NCBI GenBank assembly: GCA_964487545.1
Contig: CAZARI010000010.1
Location: 284 to 64,283 of the forward strand
DNA: 64,000 nt
Source of the DNA: an uncultured Cryomorphaceae bacterium
Lineage (GTDB): Bacteria > Bacteroidota > Bacteroidia > Flavobacteriales_D > SKUL01
Direction of reading: 5' to 3'
Shown: piece by piece, positions 47,089 to 56,691 of the stretch
Position numbering within the stretch: the first letter of the stretch is position 1
Layout: every line of letters starts with the position of its first letter
Translations under genes and position numbers: made by a program
The notes under the pieces: model-generated
Databases searched by the model: none
Told to the model about the DNA's origin: nothing
What the model saw: the letters and a program-made list of their open reading frames with translations, nothing else

Positions 47089-48930
47089 ATGGAGATCAAT
47101 CACCACCAACGAACATTGGGTGTGGTTCCACTCGATGACGGAACTACCGCAGTAAAAATATGGTCGCCACTCGCCGATTCGGTGGCCATACAAACCATCC
47201 CCGAGGGTAATATAATTCCCCTCACCCGCGCCGATCACCATTTCTGGATTACCAAAACCGATCAACTTCAGTCCGGAAATCAATATAAAGTCATCATCAA
47301 CGAAGAGGCCTGGCCCGATCCCACGTCGGTATATCAACCCGAAGGTGTACACGGACCGTCGGAAGTAAAAAACCTACGCAACCACCCTTGGAAAATAAAC
47401 GAATGGAAAAATATCCCCCTCAGCGAATACATTATTTATGAATTACACACTGGGACTTTCTCCTCTGAAGGCACCTTTCAGGGAATCATCAATAAACTGG
47501 ATTATTTAGTTGACTTGGGAATAACCGCAATCGAGATTATGCCTGTGGCGCAATTTCCCGGCAACAGAAACTGGGGCTACGATGGTGCTTATCTATTTGC
47601 CGTTCAGAACAGCTATGGCGGTCCAGAAGCATTGCAACAACTGGTGGATGCCTGCCACGAGAAAGGTTTGGCCGTGATACTCGATGTGGTGTACAATCAC
47701 TTTGGTCCAGAAGGAAATTATGCCGCCAAATTTGGTCCGATCTTTACCGACAAATACAAAACGCCGTGGGGTCAGTCCATCAATTTTGACGATGCCTATT
47801 GCGACGGTGTGCGTGCCTTTTTTATCGAAAATGCCCTGATGTGGTTTCGCGATTTCCGGATAGATGCATTGCGAATGGATGCGGTGCAGGCCATACGCGA
47901 TTTGAGCCCTAAGCATATTCTCCGGGAAATGAACGAGCACATCCGCGAACTGGAAAAAATCACCGGACAAAAACATTATACCATTGCCGAAGTGGATTTG
48001 AATGATACGCGCTTCATCAATCCGACGGATAGCGATGGTTATGGAATGGACGCTCAATGGGTGGACGAATTTCACCACGCCCTCAGGGTGGCTGCCGGCG
48101 GACAACGGATTGGCTACTACTCAGATTTTAATGGGGTTGAACATCTGGCCAAAGCCTACAGTGAGGTGTATGTGTACAATGGCAACTATTCTGCACATCG
48201 AAAAAGACGGTTTGGAACCAAGGTAAAAGACCACCATCGCGGTGAGCAGTTTGTGGTGTTTGCCCAAAATCACGATCAGGTGGGCAACCGCATGATGGGC
48301 GAACGACTTGGTGAATTGGTTTCCTTTGAAATGCAGAAGCTGCTGGCCGGAGCCACGCTGGCCAGCCCATTTTTGCCCTTTTTGTTTATGGGTGAGGAAT
48401 ATTCCGAAAAAAATCCCTTTCAGTATTTTGTTCATCACGGCGATGCGGACCTGATTGCCGCCGTTCAAAAAGGCCGCATAGCTGAGTTTGAAGCTTTTTT
48501 TGCTACCGGAAACGCACCCGACCCCCAATCCGAAGCCACTTTTGTGCGATCTAAGTTAAACTGGAATCTACCCAATCAATCGGGTCACAAAGAACTGCTT
48601 GCCTATTACCGAAAGTTGATTCTACTCAGAAAAACTGATCCTGTGATGAAACAACTCAACCGCAAAAACCTGTCTGTAAGTATTGATGCGTCGAAGAATA
48701 CCTTGCTACTTCGACGTTGGACTGAAAGCGCAGATCTCATTTGTCCATTTAATTTTTCGCCCGAAGCGCAGCACATAGAATGGCCTTCACCAGAAAAAAT
48801 ATACCGCAAGCTGATTTGCTCTACCGATTTGCAGTGGCTCGGTAAAAAAGATGCTCCCAGCGAAATTTCAGGACTGGATGAAATATTGCTTCAACCCGAA
48901 TCATTTTCCATCTATTTAGCAGATGTATAA
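47089..48930 (+). CDS. treZ: Malto-oligosyltrehalose trehalohydrolase TreZ
   Basis: 613 aa. WGYDG, ILDVVYNHFGPEGNY, DALRMDAVQAI, and QNHDQVGNR, which is typical of TreZ. Starts 4 nt after glgX. Confidence 0.9.
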   Translation: MEINHHQRTLGVVPLDDGTTAVKIWSPLADSVAIQTIPEGNIIPLTRADHHFWITKTDQLQSGNQYKVIINEEAWPDPTSVYQPEGVHGPSEVKNLRNHPWKINEWKNIPLSEYIIYELHTGTFSSEGTFQGIINKLDYLVDLGITAIEIMPVAQFPGNRNWGYDGAYLFAVQNSYGGPEALQQLVDACHEKGLAVILDVVYNHFGPEGNYAAKFGPIFTDKYKTPWGQSINFDDAYCDGVRAFFIENALMWFRDFRIDALRMDAVQAIRDLSPKHILREMNEHIRELEKITGQKHYTIAEVDLNDTRFINPTDSDGYGMDAQWVDEFHHALRVAAGGQRIGYYSDFNGVEHLAKAYSEVYVYNGNYSAHRKRRFGTKVKDHHRGEQFVVFAQNHDQVGNRMMGERLGELVSFEMQKLLAGATLASPFLPFLFMGEEYSEKNPFQYFVHHGDADLIAAVQKGRIAEFEAFFATGNAPDPQSEATFVRSKLNWNLPNQSGHKELLAYYRKLILLRKTDPVMKQLNRKNLSVSIDASKNTLLLRRWTESADLICPFNFSPEAQHIEWPSPEKIYRKLICSTDLQWLGKKDAPSEISGLDEILLQPESFSIYLADV

Positions 48931-51900
48931 GCCGGTTACGACCTACCGAATTCAGTTCAACAAAGATTTCACTTTTCGGGATCTAGACGCTGCACTGCCC
49001 TATCTCATTAAATTGGGAATTGGATCAATTTACGCCTCGCCAATTTTTGTCGCTACCGCGGGAAGTGCACACGGTTACGACGGAACAGACCCCAACCGAA
49101 TAAATCCCGAGATTGGAACCGAACAAGAATTGCGCACCATCTCCAATAAGCTCAAAGCCGCAGAAATTGGATGGATACAGGATATCGTACCGAATCACAT
49201 GGCTTGGCATGCAGATAACCCATGGCTCTATGATTATCTGGAAAAAGGAAGCCGATCTGAGTTTCGCACTTTCTTCGATAATTCCGAACTGAGTGATTTA
49301 TTCAAAGGTCCGATGATGGCTCCGTTTCTCGGTAAGGAAATGGTAGAGGTTGTTGCTGATGGAGACCTGAAATTGGTTTTAGCCCTATCGGGAATTGAAC
49401 TGCAGTATTTTGAACGCCGTTTTCCAGTGAATCCAGAATCATACACCACGATATTGCGACAGGCCGGCAATTCAGAAAAGTGGACAGATGTCATCAACAA
49501 AATTGGTCAAATCACCACCGAAAAGGATGACATCCTCTTTTGTCAAAACTGGAAAAAGTTTAAACAGCGTATGGTTTCCAGTGATTTACACTCGGAATGG
49601 GTTGAAATTTTGAAAAACTTCGCAAAGGATAAGCATGCGCTAGAAGCACTGGTGCGGCAGCAGCATTATGAATTGTGTCACTGGAAAGAATCCAATCACC
49701 GCATTAATTACCGTCGGTTTTTCACGATCAACGATTTGATTTGTCTGAACATTCACCGCGATGAAGTTTTTGCTCCTTTTCACCAGCTCATCGGCCAACT
49801 TTGCCACGACGGTATATTTAACGGTTTGCGTATCGATCATATCGATGGGCTGTATAATCCGGAAAAATACCTGAATGACTTGCGCAACCTGGTCGGAAAT
49901 GAGCAATACATTATTGTTGAAAAAATCCTTGAGCCCGGCGAAGATCTTCTCCAGCGTTGGCCCGTTCAGGGAAATACGGGCTACGATTTCTTGTCACTGG
50001 TCAACAACCTGTTTACCAACACCGATGGTAGAGTTAGATTTACGCGGTTTTACCGAAAATTCACCGGTGAAAAAACGGCTGTTCAGGATGAAATTCTGGA
50101 GAACAAGCTGTTCATCCTCGAAAATCAGATGGCTGGAGAATCAGAGAATTTGTTCTTCATGTTCAAAAAACTCGATCTTCTTCAGGGCAAGAATCTACCC
50201 CCTTCTGAAGAAAAGAAACTCAAGAAAGCCATCGATTATTTTTTGGTTCACTGTCCGGTATATCGATTTTACGGAAATCAGTTTCCGCTACCGCTCGCTG
50301 AATCCGAAGCCGTTGAAGGTGTTTTGGACGATGTGGAGCTGTACGAACCACAACTCGCCTCGTCGGTAAAGTTGCTTAAGGAAATCCTTCTCGAAAAACC
50401 GCTCGATGCCGACGAAGATTTTATCTTGCGAGTGACAAGGTTTTACAAGCGCTGCATGCAGTTTTCCGGTCCGCTGATGGCCAAAGGTGTTGAAGACACG
50501 TCGATGTACACCTACAATCGTTTTGCGGGTCACAACGAGGTGGGCGATTCTCCACGCAATTTCGGTATTCACATCAGCGATTTTCACGCCGCAATGAAGC
50601 AACGTCAACAGCATTGGCCGCTTTCGCTTAACGCCACTTCCACCCACGATACCAAGCGTGGAGAAGATGTACGTGCCCGCCTCAATGTGCTCACCGATCT
50701 GGATAAGGAGTGGATCAAAAAATCATTGGAATGGCGCGAACTCAACGCCGAGTTGAAATCAAACAACACACCTGACCACAACGACGAGTACCTGATTTAT
50801 CAAACCATCATCGGGGCGCATCCTTTTCCCGGCAACGAAGAGGACTTTGAAACACGCATTCGCACCTATTTGCAAAAAGCATTGCGTGAAGCCAAAACCC
50901 ATTCCAACTGGACTGCTCCGGATGAAGTCTATGAACAATCGGCTGGAGATTTTGCCGTGAAACTGCTCGATGGTCACAGCCCATTTTGGTCATCCTTTGC
51001 AGCGTTTCACCAGCAGATTCTCGACTTCGGAATTATCAATTCACTTTCGCAACTCCTACTCAAATTCACTTGTCCCGGCGTGCCCGATATTTATCAGGGA
51101 ACTGAATTGTGGAATCTGGGCCTGGTCGATCCCGATAATCGCCGAAAGGTGAATTATGATAAAAAGATGACCTACTTGTCGCGCTTGGAAAACTTGACTA
51201 AACGAAGCAGTGAAGATGTGTGGGAAGCGCTGTGGCAACATCGCTACGACGGTGCAGTAAAAATGCAATTAACAAACCTGTTGGCCATTCAGCGAAAACG
51301 ACATGCCGATGTGTTTGAGCGTGGAAATTATCTACCCATACAGGTGCACGGAAAATACAGTGAACACGTTTGCGCTTTTGCCCGGCAATATCAGCATTAC
51401 TGGTATATTTCGGTAGTTCCGGTCAATGTGGCACAATTGTGCAAAATGCCGCCCTGCGATTTTCATTCGTTAAATTGGGAAGATACCCGTTTGATATTGC
51501 CCAATCACCTTTCGCCATTAGCGCGCAATGTGCTGATGGACGAAGCCCTCGAACACAACGGAACGGTTAAAATTCAGCAGTTATTTTCGGTTTTACCGGT
51601 GGCCTTTTTGAAGTTTAGAACCGAAAACGAGCGGTCGTCAGGCATATTAATGCACATCACCTCGCTCCCATCGGCTTTTGGTGTTGGCGATCTCGGACCC
51701 GAAGCGGCTCGTTTTGCCGATTTTCTTCACAAAGCACGCCAGCGTCAATGGCAAATCCTTCCCTTGAATCCCACAGTTGCCAAGTCTGATTATTCGCCTT
51801 ACGCTTCGGTTTCGAGCCGGGCGGGAAACACCATGCTGATCAGTCCTGAGATGCTAGTGGATGAAGGTTTGCTCAACGAGAAGGAAATTGCACCTTATCG

Positions 51901-53125
51901 CCTTTCTCCTGGTTCGGTTGCGGATTTTGGTCATGCGGAAAGTATACGCGAAATATTGTTGCAAAAGGCTTGGGAGCGTTTTCAACAACAGGAATTTACG
52001 GCAATGCAGCAACGGTTTGAGCGGTTTTGTGAATCAGAATCCAGTTGGCTGGATGACTTTGCATTGTTCGTTACCATCCAAGAACAATACCCCGGAAAGC
52101 CTTGGTGGAAATGGCCAGAGCCCATAAAAGATCGCCACTTAAAAGCACTGAAGGATGTTCAAAAAAGGGAAGAACAAACAATCGAAAAACTAAAGTGGTA
52201 TCAATTTCTGTTTTTCGACCAGTGGAAAAAGCTGCGTAAATACTGTCGCAAAAAAGGAATTGCGCTGATGGGTGATATTCCCATTTATGTGAGCCATCAT
52301 TCGGCTGATGTATGGGCTCATCCCTATATTTTCAAATTGAAGCCCGACGGCCAGATGAAGGGTATTGCCGGTGTTCCACCCGACTATTTCAGCGAAACCG
52401 GCCAGTTATGGGGAATGCCTGTTTTTGATTGGGAAGTGCTCAAAAGAACCAACTTCGACTGGTGGATTGATCGATTGCGAATCAATTTGAGGTTGTTTGA
52501 CTCCCTTCGAATCGATCATTTCAGGGCTTTTCACGATTTCTGGGAAGTGCCTGCCGGTGAAAAAACAGCGGTAAACGGCAAATGGCATTCGGGTCCTGGT
52601 ATTCATTTCTTTGAAAAAGTGCGAGAAAAACTCGGTGATGTACCCTTTGTTGCAGAGGATCTCGGTGAAATTAGTGCAGCGGTGTTTAAACTTCGCGATG
52701 ATCTCCGCCTTCCGGGCATGAAAGTGCTGCAGTTTGCTTTTGGCGAAGACATGCCACAGTCGGAATACATTCCACATAATTTCACAAAACAATTTGTGGC
52801 ATACACCGGCACGCATGACAATAATACTGTTCGTGGATGGTATGCTGAAGAAGGATATCAGTTTGTAGCACAGATGGAGCGATATTTTAATCATAAAATC
52901 ACAGAGAACAACGTAGCTCATGCTTTTTGTCTGCTGGCACATTCTTCTGTAGCAAAAACCGTCATCCTACCGCTTCAGGATTTGCTGGAACTCGATGGCT
53001 CAGCGCGCATGAATACACCTGGCAGTGAAATGAATAACTGGCGTTGGCGGGTGATTCCGGGGCAGATTTCAGCCGATCACCGAAAATTGCTACTGCGGTG
53101 GACCGTAGATTTTAACCGAGACTAA
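48923..53125 (+). CDS. treY: Fusion protein: malto-oligosyltrehalose synthase (TreY, aa 1 to ~900) + 4-alpha-glucanotransferase (MalQ, GH77, aa ~905-1400)
   Basis: 1400-aa uninterrupted ORF. TreY part: TYRIQFNKDFTF, IYASPIF..GYDGTDP, GLRIDHIDGL, STHDTKRGEDVR. MalQ part begins ERSSGILMHITSLPSAFGVGDLG at nt ~51629, with GDIPIYVSHHSADVW, LRIDHFRAF, YTGTHDN. The start overlaps the treZ stop by 8 nt. Confidence 0.85.
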   Translation: MYKPVTTYRIQFNKDFTFRDLDAALPYLIKLGIGSIYASPIFVATAGSAHGYDGTDPNRINPEIGTEQELRTISNKLKAAEIGWIQDIVPNHMAWHADNPWLYDYLEKGSRSEFRTFFDNSELSDLFKGPMMAPFLGKEMVEVVADGDLKLVLALSGIELQYFERRFPVNPESYTTILRQAGNSEKWTDVINKIGQITTEKDDILFCQNWKKFKQRMVSSDLHSEWVEILKNFAKDKHALEALVRQQHYELCHWKESNHRINYRRFFTINDLICLNIHRDEVFAPFHQLIGQLCHDGIFNGLRIDHIDGLYNPEKYLNDLRNLVGNEQYIIVEKILEPGEDLLQRWPVQGNTGYDFLSLVNNLFTNTDGRVRFTRFYRKFTGEKTAVQDEILENKLFILENQMAGESENLFFMFKKLDLLQGKNLPPSEEKKLKKAIDYFLVHCPVYRFYGNQFPLPLAESEAVEGVLDDVELYEPQLASSVKLLKEILLEKPLDADEDFILRVTRFYKRCMQFSGPLMAKGVEDTSMYTYNRFAGHNEVGDSPRNFGIHISDFHAAMKQRQQHWPLSLNATSTHDTKRGEDVRARLNVLTDLDKEWIKKSLEWRELNAELKSNNTPDHNDEYLIYQTIIGAHPFPGNEEDFETRIRTYLQKALREAKTHSNWTAPDEVYEQSAGDFAVKLLDGHSPFWSSFAAFHQQILDFGIINSLSQLLLKFTCPGVPDIYQGTELWNLGLVDPDNRRKVNYDKKMTYLSRLENLTKRSSEDVWEALWQHRYDGAVKMQLTNLLAIQRKRHADVFERGNYLPIQVHGKYSEHVCAFARQYQHYWYISVVPVNVAQLCKMPPCDFHSLNWEDTRLILPNHLSPLARNVLMDEALEHNGTVKIQQLFSVLPVAFLKFRTENERSSGILMHITSLPSAFGVGDLGPEAARFADFLHKARQRQWQILPLNPTVAKSDYSPYASVSSRAGNTMLISPEMLVDEGLLNEKEIAPYRLSPGSVADFGHAESIREILLQKAWERFQQQEFTAMQQRFERFCESESSWLDDFALFVTIQEQYPGKPWWKWPEPIKDRHLKALKDVQKREEQTIEKLKWYQFLFFDQWKKLRKYCRKKGIALMGDIPIYVSHHSADVWAHPYIFKLKPDGQMKGIAGVPPDYFSETGQLWGMPVFDWEVLKRTNFDWWIDRLRINLRLFDSLRIDHFRAFHDFWEVPAGEKTAVNGKWHSGPGIHFFEKVREKLGDVPFVAEDLGEISAAVFKLRDDLRLPGMKVLQFAFGEDMPQSEYIPHNFTKQFVAYTGTHDNNTVRGWYAEEGYQFVAQMERYFNHKITENNVAHAFCLLAHSSVAKTVILPLQDLLELDGSARMNTPGSEMNNWRWRVIPGQISADHRKLLLRWTVDFNRD

Positions 53126-53154
53126 TGGAGTTATAGCGGTTGAAGTGATTTCAT

Positions 53155-53162
53155 TATTTTTG
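53155..53162 (+). promoter_or_regulatory. Candidate -7 box (TATTTTTG) for trhO
   Basis: Exact TAnnTTTG, 38 nt upstream of ATG 53201. Confidence 0.35.
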
Positions 53163-53200
53163 CCTTTTATTTCATATCAACCTCCAAACTGATTTATAGC

Positions 53201-54271
53201 ATGCAACTGTACAATCGGCTCGACAGGAAGATACTCGAAGAACAAATGGCCAGTAGCGCAATCCAACGCATTACCTTGTCATTTTATCAGTATCACCAGA
53301 TCGGCAATCCCCCACTTTTCAGAAACTATTTATACGCCCGGCTCGATGCATTGGGTGTCCTTGGACGAATTTATGTAGCGCACGAAGGGGTAAACGCCCA
53401 AATCAGCGTTCCAAAGGAAAACTACCACAATATGGTTAAGGAGTTGGCCGACACCGGTTTTCTGAAAGACATCCGCCTAAATATCGCTATTGAAGATGAT
53501 GGAAAATCATTCATTAAACTGGCCATTAAAGTGCGCGATAAAATTGTTGCAGACGGATTGAACGATCAAACTTTTGACGTAACCCGACGCGGAAAACACA
53601 TTGGTGCCGTTTACTTTAACAAACTGGTTGAACAAGAAAACACCATCGTGGTGGACATGCGCAATCACTACGAAAGCGAAGTTGGCCATTTTGAAAACGC
53701 CATCTGTCCAGATGTTGATACCTTTCGCGACTCGCTCCCCGTTGTTGAAAATATTCTGAAACCGCACAAAGCCAAAAACATTGTGATGTATTGCACCGGC
53801 GGAATTCGTTGTGAAAAAGCGAGCGCATGGCTCAAACACCGCGGTTTTGAAAACGTGCACCAGCTTGACGGTGGCATTATCGAATACACACGACAGGTGA
53901 ATAACCTCGGTCTGGAGAACAAGTTTAAAGGCAAAAATTTTGTTTTCGACAACCGACTTGGCGAACGGGTTTCTGACGATGTCATTGCGCAGTGTCATCA
54001 ATGCGGAGAACCCAGCGACGACCACACCAATTGCGCTAATGCGGCCTGTCACTTGTTGTTTATTCAATGTGAAAAATGTGCTGTGAAATACGCTGGTTGC
54101 TGTACCGCTGAGTGTTACGATTTTATCCAGCTACCAGAAGAGCAACAGCGCGAATTGCGAAAAAATCTGGAAATGGATCGAAACATTTATCACAAAGGCA
54201 GAATTCGCCCCAAGCTTCAGGAAGTGATTCGCGAAAAACTTCAGGAGGCTTCCGCTAAAGTGAGCGAATAG
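53201..54271 (+). CDS. trhO: Rhodanese-domain protein of the UPF0176/YceA family (tRNA uridine-34 hydroxylase TrhO)
   Basis: 356 aa. LSFYQY, RIYVAHEGVNAQISVP, rhodanese active-site loop MYCTGGIRCEKAS, C-terminal Cys-rich region CHQCGE..CAN..C..CEKC. Confidence 0.85.
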   Translation: MQLYNRLDRKILEEQMASSAIQRITLSFYQYHQIGNPPLFRNYLYARLDALGVLGRIYVAHEGVNAQISVPKENYHNMVKELADTGFLKDIRLNIAIEDDGKSFIKLAIKVRDKIVADGLNDQTFDVTRRGKHIGAVYFNKLVEQENTIVVDMRNHYESEVGHFENAICPDVDTFRDSLPVVENILKPHKAKNIVMYCTGGIRCEKASAWLKHRGFENVHQLDGGIIEYTRQVNNLGLENKFKGKNFVFDNRLGERVSDDVIAQCHQCGEPSDDHTNCANAACHLLFIQCEKCAVKYAGCCTAECYDFIQLPEEQQRELRKNLEMDRNIYHKGRIRPKLQEVIREKLQEASAKVSE

Positions 54272-54289
54272 CACCTCTTCTCAATCTTT

Positions 54290-54333
54290 TAGAAAAAGAA
54301 AACCGGTCTCAAAAGTGAGTGCCGGTTTTTTTT
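54290..54333. terminator. Bidirectional terminator between trhO (+) and the endonuclease gene (-)
   Basis: AACCGGTCTCA-AAAG-TGAGTGCCGGTT hairpin (about 10 bp with one small internal mismatch or bulge), flanked by AGAAAAAGAAAA on the left and TTTTTTTT on the right. Confidence 0.7.
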
Positions 54334-54352
54334 AATGAGAATAATCAAAGCA

Positions 54353-55390
54353 TTACTTCTGCAGCATAAAGCGCTTGGAAACAACAGACGTTTCGCTTTG
54401 CACACGAACAATATAAATCCCTTCAGAAAGGTCTGCCGGTAGGGGTGTTGAAGAGGAAGTTGGGTTCTGATACTCAAAAACAACCTGTCCAGTGAGTGAA
54501 TAAACGTGTACCCAATCGTAGTTCAATTCCGGATTTAAATGCAACTGGTGATTATAATACCAAACCGATGCTGCTTCGTCAGAAGTTTCATCAATCGACG
54601 AAGTAGGATCCCAGATAGCGATAATAAATTCGGGTTTGTCGATGAACGGGTTGCGGTTATCTTGAATCTGATAAACCGCATTATTCCGGTCGATTTCCTT
54701 CTGACTCACCGGATCGTTTTGTGCCCATTCTAAAAGCAATTCGCGGGCCCACGGTGCAAAGTTGTTGCCCAAAAGCATGGCACTTTCCCAGCTCCAGGCC
54801 TCATTCATGTATCGGGTAAGCATATAGAAATATGTACGCGCAAAATCGCCCTTGTATTCATCAATCGGTTCAAATACCAATCCGCTGTATGTCGGCCAAT
54901 TGCTAAAACCCACTTTCGATCCGTTGGTGGAAGTCCACGTTGCGTTGCCCACCGTACCATATGGATAATTCGATCGTTTGCCGTTTACAAAACCATCGGT
55001 GGGATACAAATGAAATAGATCGGTGTACATCGGAGAAGCGTCATCAAACCAGCTTTTCGGAAAAGAATGTTCGCGGTTGTAACAATCGTTTTCGCTGTTA
55101 TAGTTACCGCACTGATCCGAAAAGAATTGGTATTCGTAGGCTGGTGTTCCGCCCGGCTGATCGGAATACATATCCCATACCTTGCCGTTTGATTTTTTAT
55201 CCGTTGATTGGAAATGACTCCACAGTGAACTGTAGCTCTGTGCGTTGTGGTTGTCGATGATGTCGCGAAGTGCGGCTCGAAGTTCGTTTCCTGTCAATGC
55301 TTCGGCATCGTCGTAATATCCGGGAGGAATTTGGGCAAAAACAATTCCCGAAATAAAAAAAGCAAATATATTCAGTGTAACCGATTTCAC
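54353..55390 (-). CDS. Secreted endonuclease I family nuclease with type-A T9SS C-terminal domain
   Basis: 345 aa with a signal peptide. YNREHSFPKSWF, DLFHLYPTDGFVNGKRSNYPYG and NRNPFID match Endonuclease_1 as I remember it. C-terminus HVYSLTGQVV..GIYIVRVQS..KRFMLQK. Confidence 0.8.
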   Translation of the reverse strand: MKSVTLNIFAFFISGIVFAQIPPGYYDDAEALTGNELRAALRDIIDNHNAQSYSSLWSHFQSTDKKSNGKVWDMYSDQPGGTPAYEYQFFSDQCGNYNSENDCYNREHSFPKSWFDDASPMYTDLFHLYPTDGFVNGKRSNYPYGTVGNATWTSTNGSKVGFSNWPTYSGLVFEPIDEYKGDFARTYFYMLTRYMNEAWSWESAMLLGNNFAPWARELLLEWAQNDPVSQKEIDRNNAVYQIQDNRNPFIDKPEFIIAIWDPTSSIDETSDEAASVWYYNHQLHLNPELNYDWVHVYSLTGQVVFEYQNPTSSSTPLPADLSEGIYIVRVQSETSVVSKRFMLQK

Positions 55391-55436
55391 GATTTACCCT
55401 TTTTTTGACTATTGAAAATAAGGAAATAAAACAGAA

Positions 55437-56537
55437 TTAGGAAGCCATCTGGGGTGTCCTGCCCAGTTTTTTAAGCATCAAAGTGTGATTCCACAAGGCC
55501 GAAACAAACGTGCGTTGCACATGATATGGCAATTGGAATTCCTCGGCCGTTTTTTGAACGATAGCAGCAATTTTAGGATAGTGAATATGGCAGATTCCGG
55601 GAAAAAGATGGTGCTCTATCTGATAATTCAAGCCGCCAATATACCACGAAAACACTTTGCTTTTTGGGGCGAAATTGGTGGTGGTGAGCAATTGGTGTTC
55701 TGCCCAGCCGTGGTTCATAGAAAAACCTTCATCGGATTGAGGAAACTCTTTTTCGGGCATCACGTGAGCAGGTTGAAACACCATGCTCATAATTAATCCG
55801 GTGACAGCGTGCATCACCACAAATCCCAAAATGATCATCCACCAGCTATAGGACGAAAAAATGATGGGCAGACCGAGCATAAAGGCAAAATACAATGCTT
55901 TGTGTAGCGACAATCTAAGCATCGCCTTTTTCAGGGTGGTTTTTTGGCTCGCCAAAAGATTCATTCGGTGATACCGTATCAGTTGCGAAAAATCTTTAAA
56001 AGTGACCCAAAATAGGGTCATCAGGCTGTAAAAAAACCATCCGTAAATAAACTGAAAACGGTGTCGTCGGCGCAAGGGTTGATTTGGTGAGAAACGCAGC
56101 AGCGGCTGAACCAGAATATCTTCATCGTGACCATCCACATTGGTAAAAGAGTGATGCAAAATGTTGTGTTGAATTCGCCAGTTGAGATCATAACCACCAA
56201 CGGCGTTCATAATTACACCGAGCATCCGGTTGAAGCGCGGATTGTCAGAATAGGCATCGTGGTTGGCATCGTGCATCACCGAAAAACCAATTCCGGCCAC
56301 ACTTATACCGGTGGCAATCCAAAGCAGCAAATACAGCCAGAATGGTTCAACACCGATTACAACCATTGAAAAAGTGACGAAAAACATCGAAATCAGCGCA
56401 GCGGTTTTAAGATACATTCGCCAATCGCCCTTGGTGCTTTTGTTGTTTTCTTCGAAGTATTGATTGACGCGTTTCCGAAGTGTAGTGTAAAAGTCAGCCT
56501 GAGCTGGCTTTTGAAATTTAATGGGTCTGAACTGCAT
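55437..56537 (-). CDS. Membrane fatty-acid desaturase with front-end-type histidine boxes
   Basis: 366 aa with about 4 TM segments. His boxes HDANHD, HNILHH and QIEHH (Gln replaces the first His of box 3). No cytochrome b5 domain. Confidence 0.85.
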   Translation of the reverse strand: MQFRPIKFQKPAQADFYTTLRKRVNQYFEENNKSTKGDWRMYLKTAALISMFFVTFSMVVIGVEPFWLYLLLWIATGISVAGIGFSVMHDANHDAYSDNPRFNRMLGVIMNAVGGYDLNWRIQHNILHHSFTNVDGHDEDILVQPLLRFSPNQPLRRRHRFQFIYGWFFYSLMTLFWVTFKDFSQLIRYHRMNLLASQKTTLKKAMLRLSLHKALYFAFMLGLPIIFSSYSWWMIILGFVVMHAVTGLIMSMVFQPAHVMPEKEFPQSDEGFSMNHGWAEHQLLTTTNFAPKSKVFSWYIGGLNYQIEHHLFPGICHIHYPKIAAIVQKTAEEFQLPYHVQRTFVSALWNHTLMLKKLGRTPQMAS

Positions 56538-56691
56538 GTAATAAAATTATGGGCACAAGATAGTGATTATTAATGCGGACAAGGATTTAAAAACACGAAT
56601 GCTGCCTTAAAATACTGTTATTTAACCCATTTGTTATTGTTGGATTTAGACCAATCCCACAATATGCCCGATTAAATTCTTGCACAAAAAA

